From: a virus
Taxonomy: Duplodnaviria > Caudoviricetes
DNA length: 34,445 bases
Virus record (IMG/VR): IMGVR_UViG_3300005764_000046
Span: 1-34,445 of that record
Direction: 5' to 3' (one strand)
The position numbers and the translations under genes were made by a program. Positions 1 through 8,614 of the stretch are shown here, piece by piece (position 1 is the first letter of the stretch; every line of letters begins with the position of its first letter). The notes under the pieces were generated by a model. The model saw nothing but the letters and a program-made list of their open reading frames with translations. It did no database searches and was not told the DNA's origin.

Positions 1-410
1 TCATTCACCGCCTCGACATACTTCCATTTCTCATCAAACTCGTTTTTGCGTTGTTGCGCATCTGCAGGCCAGTGCGAGGGGTCAGCACCGTATTTCTGCA
101 TACATTCAAGAGTGTGGTGAAGGCTCGTGATCTGCTCCGGAAGCGCGAATGCTTCTGAAATACGCATTGCGCCCATCGTCACCGCCGATGTCATGGTTTG
201 CCAGTTGTCAACCAGCGTCGGTAAATTAGGAAACCCACCACCAGGTGTAGGTTGTTTGATCGCACTCATCGGCAACGTATAGACCGACATGCCAGGGCCA
301 TGAGTATCGCTTGCAACCGGACGACTTGCAGGATAACTGGCGATGACAATTGGGTTAGCGATACCAGCTTCGACCGAACGGATGAATACTTGAACAGTTT
401 GCGCCGACAT
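1..410 (-). CDS. Hypothetical protein downstream of the tail fibre, possibly a fibre assembly protein (3' end runs off the window)
   Basis: Not in the ORF track. ATG at 410 with GAGGAG SD upstream; the frame is open to the window edge (MSAQTVQVFIRSVEAGIANPIVIASYP...KWKYVEAVN). Function is inferred from position only. Confidence 0.65.
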   Translation of the reverse strand, partial: MSAQTVQVFIRSVEAGIANPIVIASYPASRPVASDTHGPGMSVYTLPMSAIKQPTPGGGFPNLPTLVDNWQTMTSAVTMGAMRISEAFALPEQITSLHHTLECMQKYGADPSHWPADAQQRKNEFDEKWKYVEAVN

Positions 411-424
411 GACTTCACTCTCCT

Positions 425-2146
425 CTATATGTACCACACGGCGATTGAATTCAGATTGCCTTCACTGTTCCAATCCGGCGATACAGAACCAATGCTCGAA
501 TACAATGAACCAATCGTGCCAGCATTAAACGCATAGCAATCTAATACCCCATTGGATACTGCCGTCGCGTAAGCTAAAAGAGCATAACCAGTTTGAGCGC
601 TGACTCCGCAGCTTCCGTTACAAACCGTTTGAAAACCTGCGGATAAGCTTACAAAATCGGAGGCTTGTGTACCGGCTGTGCCCCCTCCTGTCACTTCGAG
701 CCCATTTGTAGCATTCCCCGAGGCGCTTCCACCCGCAAAATACGCATTCCCCCCAGTGATGCCAAACCCACGCGTCATGTTGCCACAAGAATGACAATTG
801 TACGCATTGAAACTAGCGTTCATATAGACGCCAAAGCCAACATCGCCTAATCCCCAAGCGCTACAACCAGTGCACGTCATACTTCCTTCAGCAGCAAATC
901 CGGCTTGTCCTGTAACCGTGTAATTAGGACCAGTGACCAAAAGGTTTGTGAGATTGATCGCCCCTGGGCCGATGTGCTTAATGCCACACGCGCCGGATGT
1001 GCCATCAACTCGAATCTCTGTGCCATATCTCGCGCGCAACATCTGAATGTTGTAGGCAGAATCATTTGCTATCGATGCTGGATCAGGACCGCTGCGTTGA
1101 AATACTCCGCCATTGGGCGGGGGAACCTGACCAGATTTCATTGTACCTTGAAGCGTAATCCGATCGGCCTCTGGATGATAAGTCAAAATGACATTGGTGC
1201 CATATAGCCCCGTAGTTGTCAGACCCGAATAGACGCCTGTCGCCAGGAGTATCGTTAAGCTGCCCGATGTTGAAATTCTTTTACGACCAAGCGCGCTAAA
1301 CAGATCCTTGATTTGAGCAACGGTCGATACGTTAACTGTGACGCTCTCGTTGATGGCATTATTCGCATAGACCCAAAATCGCGTTCCATCATAAGTGAAA
1401 ACCAGAACATCACCGACCTGCATGTCTCCGGGAAGCAACGGCCAATTCGTGTTGCAGCCTTGAGCAAAAATTGGCTTGTTGCCGAGACCATTCACGTTGA
1501 TATTCGCAGTGATCCCGTTGCTGGTATTGGCAATCTTCACCATGAAGATCGTGCCAGCAGCGAGCGACGTTATGGCTGGCGAGAAGTTGGCAATGACCAA
1601 ATTTCGCGTTGTAGATGAATCAACGCAATACGGAATGTTGTACAAAAAAGTTTGAGGCGGGCCGCTGGGAGCAGCACCGGTAAAATTGATCATTTGGAAG
1701 ACGGTGCCGTCATAGACTAATTCAGCGAGACCAAACGCAGGAAGATCACCTGCTTGCAATTCAGAACCATTTGGCTTCTTGACCGGCACGCGCCCAGCGC
1801 CGGCATCGATCGTTGTCGATCCGGTGTTGGTGTTGGCAACTCTGACACGCAGGGGAAGGCCAAAGGTATAGGCCCCAATCGGAGGAGAGAGCGCGACCGA
1901 CAGCGTGTTAACTGACCCAGTGTCTATGCAATAATTCATGAACTGCGAGCGCATGCCTTTGGCACACTGCTCAAGATCGGTGTCACTCGGAACGAGGTTG
2001 CTGTCCGTAATGATGTGTACAAGTTCACGCATCGGGTTCTCAAACGCCGCTGCCGGCGGAATCGAACCTTGACGCGCAATGGAGGGATCGCCGTTGATAT
2101 AAGATGCGTTAGGATCAGAGATTCCGTAGGGTTGAACGTATTTCAC
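425..2146 (-). CDS. Tail fibre/tailspike protein
   Basis: Directly follows the gp48-like gene. Baseplate-anchor-type N-terminus (QPYGISDPNASYINGDPS..GSIPPAAAFENPMRE), two internal repeats ending in YDGTxF, and a Gly/Asn-rich C-terminus resembling a beta-helix. GTG start with AGGAGAGG SD. Confidence 0.85.
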   Translation of the reverse strand: MKYVQPYGISDPNASYINGDPSIARQGSIPPAAAFENPMRELVHIITDSNLVPSDTDLEQCAKGMRSQFMNYCIDTGSVNTLSVALSPPIGAYTFGLPLRVRVANTNTGSTTIDAGAGRVPVKKPNGSELQAGDLPAFGLAELVYDGTVFQMINFTGAAPSGPPQTFLYNIPYCVDSSTTRNLVIANFSPAITSLAAGTIFMVKIANTSNGITANINVNGLGNKPIFAQGCNTNWPLLPGDMQVGDVLVFTYDGTRFWVYANNAINESVTVNVSTVAQIKDLFSALGRKRISTSGSLTILLATGVYSGLTTTGLYGTNVILTYHPEADRITLQGTMKSGQVPPPNGGVFQRSGPDPASIANDSAYNIQMLRARYGTEIRVDGTSGACGIKHIGPGAINLTNLLVTGPNYTVTGQAGFAAEGSMTCTGCSAWGLGDVGFGVYMNASFNAYNCHSCGNMTRGFGITGGNAYFAGGSASGNATNGLEVTGGGTAGTQASDFVSLSAGFQTVCNGSCGVSAQTGYALLAYATAVSNGVLDCYAFNAGTIGSLYSSIGSVSPDWNSEGNLNSIAVWYI

Positions 2147-2164
2147 AATCCCTCTCCTTTTTAG

Positions 2165-2881
2165 TTAGGGTGTGCCCTGCATTGGTCCGCCAAAGGCAAG
2201 TTTGCTGAAGTCCGGGACGATGTAAGTGTGGGCTGGTTTCCAGCGATTGAGCAGACAGATCAATTCTGTCGGCACACTAATCTTCAAATGAGGATCAACG
2301 CCGGCTTGACCTGCCGAAGCGCGAAACCAAATCAGGCCAACTTGCCCAACGCTGACTTCCCAATAGAAACGTTGTTCTGGCGGTCCGATGTACCAACGGA
2401 AATTCTGGTCTTCGATCGGCGAATCAGGCGGCGGCGTACGAGTATCTCCGACGCGAGAAATACCACACATAAAAGGTGCAAACTCTTTAATCTCGATTGT
2501 ATAGCCAACAAACGCGGCAACCTTTTTGAAATAGGCGCGCGATTGTCCGCCCAGCCAAGTCATGAACATGACAAGCATCTTCTGACGCTCACCAATCGTT
2601 GTCGCTGACGGAAAACACGGATCAGGAAGGCCCCAAGCTCGCTCCCAATCCGGTAAGAGTTCGATCGTGAAGCGTGGATCGCTCTCACGCTCGAGCAGAT
2701 CTCCTGCGCGTCTATCTACAAACCCAAAATAATCTGCAAGCCCGTAACAAACTCGCTGAAGGATGGAGCCAGGCGCTTTTGGCCATGCCTGACCAGTAGG
2801 TAACAATTTTAAGAATTGCTCCGCATAATCTGTGCCAGATCTCCGAACATACTTGTCCCAGTTGTGAGGAAAACTAGCCAT
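2165..2881 (-). CDS. Baseplate protein, Mu gp48/YmfQ (DUF2313) family
   Basis: Motifs LLPTGQAWP, ESDPRFTIELLPDWERAWGLPD and LNRWKPAHT; follows baseplate J. Likely start is the ATG at 2881, overlapping the gp47 stop. Confidence 0.9.
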   Translation of the reverse strand: MASFPHNWDKYVRRSGTDYAEQFLKLLPTGQAWPKAPGSILQRVCYGLADYFGFVDRRAGDLLERESDPRFTIELLPDWERAWGLPDPCFPSATTIGERQKMLVMFMTWLGGQSRAYFKKVAAFVGYTIEIKEFAPFMCGISRVGDTRTPPPDSPIEDQNFRWYIGPPEQRFYWEVSVGQVGLIWFRASAGQAGVDPHLKISVPTELICLLNRWKPAHTYIVPDFSKLAFGGPMQGTP

Positions 2882-3980
2882 AAACGATGTCCCCAAGCAC
2901 CGCCATATGGCCAGGCGATGCCATCATGTCATCATGATAATCGAGCAACTCAACCGACCTCACATTGGCGGTGTTCATGATCGCCTGAACTTTCCAAGCA
3001 GCAAAGATAGTTTGCCCAGGCTGCGCGAGCGTGAAAAACATGTCCTTGATGCTGGCTTCGACCGCCGCACGTATCTCGGTAGTGTCCGGATCGATCAACT
3101 TGATGATAACGTCAACGCGCTGCTTGACGGGAGCTAGAACCCAAAAATCTTTGACCGCGACTGGACGAACAGTGTCGATGTAGTTCGTTACTGCCTCAAG
3201 ATCAGCGAGTTGCGGCCAGCCATCGTCATCGGCGCGAAGATCGTCGAAAAGCACGCGAACCGTGATGGTGCCAATTCCCATCTCGAGCGGCGAGACCCAG
3301 GCGCGCGTGCAGCCCGGCACCGCCAAAGCCCACACAACATAATCGTGTGCCGCTCCGCCTTGAGGTGGCTGTCGAATGCGCTGCAGCACGCGAAAGCGGA
3401 GTTCGTCATCCGTCTCTTCATCCGTGCCGCCATCAAGGCTTTCGACAACAGCGTTTCCTACAAGCTCCGGAACCGCCGACGTGTCCACTGTCAAAAAGCT
3501 TCCAGGGTCTTGATTGCCGGCGCTGCCAGGATCGAGCGCGCGAATGGGAACTGGAATCGGAACATTTGGCCCAGTTGCGACGACAAGCTGCGTCGTCTCA
3601 TAGCCAGTACCGTTGTTCGACGTGAGTTGTGTTCCCATCGGAATTACGACACTAGGCGCAGTTACTTGAAAGTCCGCGACACCGACCGCTAGCGTTGCTA
3701 ACTTACGGCCTGTCGTGCCGTCGGAATTCGTTAGCCAGATATTGCCGTGCCGATCCAACCATTCATGTTCAGCGGTATCCGGAAGCAATTGCAGCGCCAG
3801 CCAGTCGATAAATTGAAGCGTGAGATGGCACAGCGCGCCCATCGCATCGGACATGACGCGGAGCACGCTGTTCGGGATGCTCGCATCGGCGCCTGGCAAA
3901 TTGCCACGAATGGCGTCGCGCACGAGCCCGCGGACCGTTTTTAAACTTGGCGTCGACCACGGAATGGCTAGGTCCTCCAA
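2874..3980 (-). CDS. Baseplate J-like protein (Mu gp47)
   Basis: Motifs LLPDTAEHEWLDRHG, GGTDEETDDELRFRVL and PPQGGAAHDYVVWALAVPG. Start is uncertain (TTG at 3980 or ATT at 3965). Confidence 0.93.
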   Translation of the reverse strand: MEDLAIPWSTPSLKTVRGLVRDAIRGNLPGADASIPNSVLRVMSDAMGALCHLTLQFIDWLALQLLPDTAEHEWLDRHGNIWLTNSDGTTGRKLATLAVGVADFQVTAPSVVIPMGTQLTSNNGTGYETTQLVVATGPNVPIPVPIRALDPGSAGNQDPGSFLTVDTSAVPELVGNAVVESLDGGTDEETDDELRFRVLQRIRQPPQGGAAHDYVVWALAVPGCTRAWVSPLEMGIGTITVRVLFDDLRADDDGWPQLADLEAVTNYIDTVRPVAVKDFWVLAPVKQRVDVIIKLIDPDTTEIRAAVEASIKDMFFTLAQPGQTIFAAWKVQAIMNTANVRSVELLDYHDDMMASPGHMAVLGDIVYG

Positions 3981-4609
3981 GATTTAGCAAGATTATCTCT
4001 CGCCCAAAGTGGTTGGAGATTTGAGAGTGCGAAACATTCCGCAAGTTGATCTGGAAAGACGAAGGACGAAACCGGACGCACATGATCAATGTGCCAGCGC
4101 TCACCGACGTGGCCATAGTTTGCCCACGTCATTCCAGGCTTGAATAGCCGCTCAAGATGCGCGCGTAATTCATCCCCGCTGTAACCGAGAATTACCATCA
4201 CGCCTCTCGATTTGCCGTTCATTATGTGTCGTAGCCGACGACGTATTGAATCCAACGCTCGCTGACTCGGATCAAGACGTCGCGTTGCTTCGTGATAACA
4301 GCGACGCGTCCGCACTTTCTCTAAATTGTTTTCCCGGTATCTCCGCTGCCGCGCCTTGTAATCTCCGCGCTGTTTTTTTCGCTCTGGCTTTGCGTCTTGA
4401 CGACGATGAATCGCGCGTCTTTTTTCTGGATTTGCTCGCGTCCACTGCTGAGCAACAGTTCGGCAATGCTCCCTATTTTTGTGCTGCCATTCTCGCGTCA
4501 ATTCATTTGCACACAACCTACAATAACAACTCAGCCCATCCCTGCGATTTCGGTTATTGCCAAAAGCTTCAACCGATTTTTCGATTTTGCAACGTAGACA
4601 TAATTTCAT
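3968..4609 (-). CDS. Free-standing HNH (homing-type) endonuclease with N-terminal zinc ribbon
   Basis: CxxC...CxxC at the N-terminus (MKLCLRC...YCRLC), a basic helical linker, then GMTWANYG..WHIDHVRP..NLQPLWARDNLAKS. Inserted between gp46 and gp47; ATG at 4609. Confidence 0.88.
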   Translation of the reverse strand: MKLCLRCKIEKSVEAFGNNRNRRDGLSCYCRLCANELTREWQHKNREHCRTVAQQWTRANPEKRRAIHRRQDAKPERKKQRGDYKARQRRYRENNLEKVRTRRCYHEATRRLDPSQRALDSIRRRLRHIMNGKSRGVMVILGYSGDELRAHLERLFKPGMTWANYGHVGERWHIDHVRPVSSFVFPDQLAECFALSNLQPLWARDNLAKSWRT

Positions 4610-4613
4610 CGGC

Positions 4614-5189
4614 TTAAAGGAAAGGCTGCGATGCGCCTTCAGGATTCGGGAGGATGCCAACGTTCCAGGCGCTCCCAGTCGCGACGATGTCCGTCCAGAG
4701 GATTTGATATTGCAGTTCGATCTCGAGTTGCGGCCCGCGATAAAGTCGCACAACGGCGTTGATCTGCTCGCGACCAACGCGCGAGGCCTGTACCCACATC
4801 TTTGAACCGATACGGCGATCGATGAACGGCTGAATCGCGTCGCGGATGTATTGCTCGACCCTGGTCACGGTCGCGCCTTCCCAGGCCTCCGGGCCAACAA
4901 TCTTCGCCCGCGTGAGCAGCCACAGCTTGCAACCGATATCCCAGCCGCCCCAGATTTCCTCGGCATCAAGATTTCCCCACCATCCACGACGATCAGTCGA
5001 ATCCGGATCCGGAAGGATATCAGTCAGATCGGCGAGCGCATCGGTCCCGAGCGCTACGATCACCGCGGTCGCGAGCGCCTGTGTCTCGTCGAGCGAACCG
5101 TCATCCAAAAGCAACCAGTCAACAGTGACGTTCGACTTCGCGTAAGGAAAAAGGAAGTTAGTGTTCTGCACTAACCGGATATCAGGCAC
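4614..5189 (-). CDS. Baseplate protein, Mu gp46 family
   Basis: LATAVIVALGTD, DRRGWWG and GCKLWLLTRAK match the gp46 signature; position upstream of gp47. Confidence 0.9.
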   Translation of the reverse strand: MPDIRLVQNTNFLFPYAKSNVTVDWLLLDDGSLDETQALATAVIVALGTDALADLTDILPDPDSTDRRGWWGNLDAEEIWGGWDIGCKLWLLTRAKIVGPEAWEGATVTRVEQYIRDAIQPFIDRRIGSKMWVQASRVGREQINAVVRLYRGPQLEIELQYQILWTDIVATGSAWNVGILPNPEGASQPFL

Positions 5190-5409
5190 CGTTCACTCTC
5201 CTTACTCTGACTCGCCTTGCCTCCAACAAGAGCGCCTTGGCGATTGCGCAAGCTTCTTCCGCGCTAAGAAAAATGCTCTGCAATGGTTGGGTCAATTGCA
5301 CGACAATCAAGCCATTGGGATGGCTTACGATGGTAGCTTCCAGTTCGACGTCAGATTGCTTTGTCTTCTTGCGAAGCAACGTATCGAGGTATTTCTTCTT
5401 TAGGCTCAT
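5182..5409 (-). CDS. Hypothetical protein (75 aa)
   Basis: ATG ORF in the operon direction that fills the gap and overlaps the gp46 start. Confidence 0.55.
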   Translation of the reverse strand: MSLKKKYLDTLLRKKTKQSDVELEATIVSHPNGLIVVQLTQPLQSIFLSAEEACAIAKALLLEARRVRVRRVNGA

Positions 5410-5521
5410 CGGGCAACTCTTCTACGATCGTACCTATTTGCCGAGATACGACATAAGTCGGATTGTCTTCCGACTCTTTGGGATTGCTTTCGAAGATCGG
5501 AATTTCCTTAATACGTGCCAC
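5351..5521 (-). CDS. Possible small acidic protein (56 aa, MARIKEIPIFESNP...)
   Basis: GTG overlapping the end of the upstream gene; fills an otherwise empty gap but overlaps the next ORF by about 60 nt. Confidence 0.3.
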   Translation of the reverse strand: MARIKEIPIFESNPKESEDNPTYVVSRQIGTIVEELPDEPKEEIPRYVASQEDKAI

Positions 5522-6023
5522 CGTCGAGCCCCGTGACTTCGAATCCGCTGATCGTGACGTTAGCGCTTCCATCGAAGCTCGCTGCCGTAGCAGTGATCGT
5601 GGTGCCGCCGGTTGCTGAAAGGCCAATCGTTCGTGCGGTTGCGAGCTTAACGACACTGAGCGGGGTTGCATTGCCGTCGCCGGTCAATGTGGTGTCATGA
5701 GAAACGGCTGTGATGCCTCCGCCAGGAGCGGCCGACCAGCTAAGATTGCCCGCTCCATCCGTAGTCAGAATATTTGTGTTTGCACCACCTGTGATCTTGA
5801 GCGCACCAACAGCAATAGTTTTTGTGCCTGTAATTGTTTGTGCCCCAGCAATCTCAACTTGTCGAGCGGCACTGACAACCGTCAAAACCGCCGTCGGGGT
5901 TGTACCAACATACAAACTCGCAGGCCCACCACCAGGATCTTGGAATGCGAGTTCACCTTCAGCGAGCGACGCAGGAACACCGGCTGACCCAACACGACGC
6001 CTGATTTTGATTGTCGCGGTCAT
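5508..6023 (-). CDS. Short fibre/adaptor protein with Mtd_N-like N-terminus and C-terminal LDGGTY
   Basis: N-terminus IKIRRR..GVPASLAEGELA...LYVG; fibre-like motifs GAQTITGTKT, LTTDGAGNLSW and KLATARTI...SFDGSANVTI. Confidence 0.75.
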   Translation of the reverse strand: MTATIKIRRRVGSAGVPASLAEGELAFQDPGGGPASLYVGTTPTAVLTVVSAARQVEIAGAQTITGTKTIAVGALKITGGANTNILTTDGAGNLSWSAAPGGGITAVSHDTTLTGDGNATPLSVVKLATARTIGLSATGGTTITATAASFDGSANVTISGFEVTGLDGGTY

Positions 6024-6040
6024 GATATTACCCCGTTATG

Positions 6041-7345
6041 TCATCCAAACACCGTAGCCTCAAGCAAACCTTGGCCGAAGCCAGAGAATGTAGTATTATC
6101 ATTTATACCTAACGTCGCGCCGCCCTGACAAAGACCGTATACCATGGCTTGGTGATAACCCTCTGCCAGTGCGACTGCGTGTCCGGTCAATCCAATCTGT
6201 ACTGCATTTACTGCGGCCGAACTTGTACCTGCGCTAATGATACCAACCGTTGCGGTATCGATACGCAGATCAAGACCAAAATTTGAAGCCGGGTTAGCGT
6301 AGGCATTACCAGTGAATCGCAAATCTGGCATCTCACCGGCCCACATCAAAAACTGCGCGCGGAACGCGCTAGAAAGCTCTACAAACGTCGCAGAGGCCGT
6401 TGTTCTAACCGTTGTGTCTGTGATACGCGAAGTTACTCTACGTCGATTAAACCAACTCAATACAAATGGAGTTGCCGCAGCATTGGAGAACGCACCGCCA
6501 GCAACTGTACGAATCATACCGATCAACGAGCGTGTATCGTCGCCAGTCTTAATCTCAGTACCAACATTGCCTGCGGTTGCACTAGTCGAATGCCCTGTAG
6601 TCGAGTAGTCAGCGGTTAGCGTGCCTGCGTTATTGAAACAGTAGACGTAATAGAGCGTGTTTGCAGCGAGGTTGCCGGATACACCGTTGATCAAAACGCT
6701 GGTATTACCAAGCCCGGCAATGCCAGCAGATGGAATTGAATAAGCAGCCCCATTGATGATAATTGTGCTGCCGTTGAATGGAGCGAACTTGAGTGCCGTT
6801 GTGCTGACATAGGTAAGTTGACCACCACCAGCATAGGTATTAACCGTGCTTCCTCCTGCCGGAGCAGCCCAAGTACCATCGGCCCTCAAAAAATTTGTTG
6901 AACCACCACCGGAAGAGGGCGCGAGCCCATTGAGTGTACCGGTGAACACCGGCAGCATCGCATTAACCTGCGCAGCAGTGAGATCGATAGGCGCTGTCGC
7001 GCTTCCGGTGTTGTTTCCCTTAAGAGTGTTAGCATTCATGTTGGCCAATCGAGCATTGGCTAACGTTCCAGTCCAACCAACCGTGATTGAAGTTGCTTGA
7101 AGCAACGCAGTAGCTGGGGTTCCTCCAAGTGTTAAAGTGACATTTGTATCATCAGTCTTGGTCAGAGCAGCCGGAACAGGAGTTAATTGGATCAAACCAT
7201 TTGCGCTGATAGAAGTAGGAACTCCACACCAAAGCTTAGCTGGAACACTCGCCATCTCTACCGCAAATTCACCCTGAGCCAATGAATTATTGGCAGGAGG
7301 GTTATTTACGGTCGATGTTCGCCGATGCTGGATCGCAGCAGTCAT
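6041..7345 (-). CDS. Tail fibre/receptor-binding protein with Mtd_N-like N-terminus
   Basis: N-terminus IQHRRTST..P...LAQGEFAV...KLWCG; fibre motifs TLKGNNTG..TAPIDLT and FLRADGTWAAP; beta-rich C-terminal head. Confidence 0.8.
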   Translation of the reverse strand: MTAAIQHRRTSTVNNPPANNSLAQGEFAVEMASVPAKLWCGVPTSISANGLIQLTPVPAALTKTDDTNVTLTLGGTPATALLQATSITVGWTGTLANARLANMNANTLKGNNTGSATAPIDLTAAQVNAMLPVFTGTLNGLAPSSGGGSTNFLRADGTWAAPAGGSTVNTYAGGGQLTYVSTTALKFAPFNGSTIIINGAAYSIPSAGIAGLGNTSVLINGVSGNLAANTLYYVYCFNNAGTLTADYSTTGHSTSATAGNVGTEIKTGDDTRSLIGMIRTVAGGAFSNAAATPFVLSWFNRRRVTSRITDTTVRTTASATFVELSSAFRAQFLMWAGEMPDLRFTGNAYANPASNFGLDLRIDTATVGIISAGTSSAAVNAVQIGLTGHAVALAEGYHQAMVYGLCQGGATLGINDNTTFSGFGQGLLEATVFG

Positions 7346-8614
7346 CTAGTATGCGCCTGCATCGATTGTACCGCCGGTGATGTTAACGGCATTCGCATTC
7401 TGATTTGCCATGTCGCCGAGCGCGGACCAATTCAAAGCATGCCGCGCATAATAGAAAGCATCATTCGGCGCTTCCGGCACCGTACCAGCGCCGCCGCCGC
7501 TCGACGTTAGATATCCATCTGTATCGACAAACAACGGCGACTTGCACAGTAAGCCAAGTGGCTGCACGGTCCTCGGCGCACGATCCCACGACTGATCGAC
7601 GTCACGGGCGTATTCAAGCCCAGTCATGACCGCGATCGGGTTCTGTACCGCCATCGACATGTTGCCGGTACTGTCGATCGAAAGCGGATCACTTGCCGAA
7701 TGCGCCGCGGGACCTCCGGTCTGCGTACCGGTCTGGCCGCCGCCCTGATCGGTACAGCCTTTGATCTGAATTGGCTTCGAGGACCAGCAACCGCCGTTGT
7801 CTACCCAAATATTGTTGCCACCAAAATGAATGTGGACGTGCGAGTCATCAGCGCGCGTCGACTTCGTGTCGTCCTGATAATAGGTCGTTACTTTCTTGTC
7901 CTCGACGTGCATATAGCCGTTGCCACGCCGATGCTCCATTCTGTCTTTGGTGACATCGATGTAAGTCTGGCTGTCCTGTTTGTGCAGCGTTTTCTGTCCA
8001 GTCTGACCGCCAGATCCAGATTCACCCGCGCCGGCCCCGCCGTTCGAGGCACCGCTGCCATCGGCCAGGAGTTCGATCTCGAATTCAACTCCGGACTTTA
8101 CATCGCGGAATTTTCTTGTCCCTCCCTGCGCGCCGCCGCCTTGCTGCTTTTGACCGTTCTGATTGTCGACGAGCGCAAATCTCATTAGCTTTTCAGTATT
8201 GCCGGTCATGTACATGCCGGCCTCAGTGTTCAAAAACTGCTGGCCCCACTCCTTGAGGCCAAACATCGCCGTGGCCCCCTTGGCGGCATCCTGCGCGAGA
8301 TTCTTCAACCGATGCCGACGATCGTCCATGATGCTGCAGATAGGGAAACTTCTGTTGCTACCCATGAAGCTCATGAAGCCTTCGGCGACTTGCTGGATCG
8401 ATCCGCTGGCAGCGCTCTTGATCGCGTCGGCGATGACCGAAGTGAAACCGTAATTCTGCGGGGCAACGTTTTGCGGCCAGTTCTCGCCTTTCATCCCGCG
8501 CGAGCCATTGCTTTCTTGAATCCCTTTGCTGTCATCGACCGACGGGATGCATGTGATACATCCGCCGCCCTGATAACCGCGGAGCGAACTGTCTAACGGA
8601 GTTTGTCGCTGCAT
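7346..8614 (-). CDS. Baseplate spike (Mu gp45-like) with C-terminal extension
   Basis: Motifs VDDSKGIQE, PQNYGFTS and GSNRSFPI..DDRRHR; spike-tip HVHIH motif; about 160 additional residues ending in IDAGAY. Confidence 0.87.
   Translation of the reverse strand: MQRQTPLDSSLRGYQGGGCITCIPSVDDSKGIQESNGSRGMKGENWPQNVAPQNYGFTSVIADAIKSAASGSIQQVAEGFMSFMGSNRSFPICSIMDDRRHRLKNLAQDAAKGATAMFGLKEWGQQFLNTEAGMYMTGNTEKLMRFALVDNQNGQKQQGGGAQGGTRKFRDVKSGVEFEIELLADGSGASNGGAGAGESGSGGQTGQKTLHKQDSQTYIDVTKDRMEHRRGNGYMHVEDKKVTTYYQDDTKSTRADDSHVHIHFGGNNIWVDNGGCWSSKPIQIKGCTDQGGGQTGTQTGGPAAHSASDPLSIDSTGNMSMAVQNPIAVMTGLEYARDVDQSWDRAPRTVQPLGLLCKSPLFVDTDGYLTSSGGGAGTVPEAPNDAFYYARHALNWSALGDMANQNANAVNITGGTIDAGAY

Noticed and set aside
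3968-4609. HNH as part of a group I intron in the baseplate operon
   Set aside because: The ORF fills the whole interval between gp46 and gp47, leaving no room for a ribozyme core, and neither flanking gene is split.
4610-4777. N-terminal extension of the HNH ORF given in the track
   Set aside because: It overlaps gp46 in another frame; the zinc ribbon begins at the ATG at 4609.
5508-7345. Diversity-generating retroelement suggested by Mtd_N-like domains
   Set aside because: No reverse transcriptase and no template/variable repeat pair is visible in this window.
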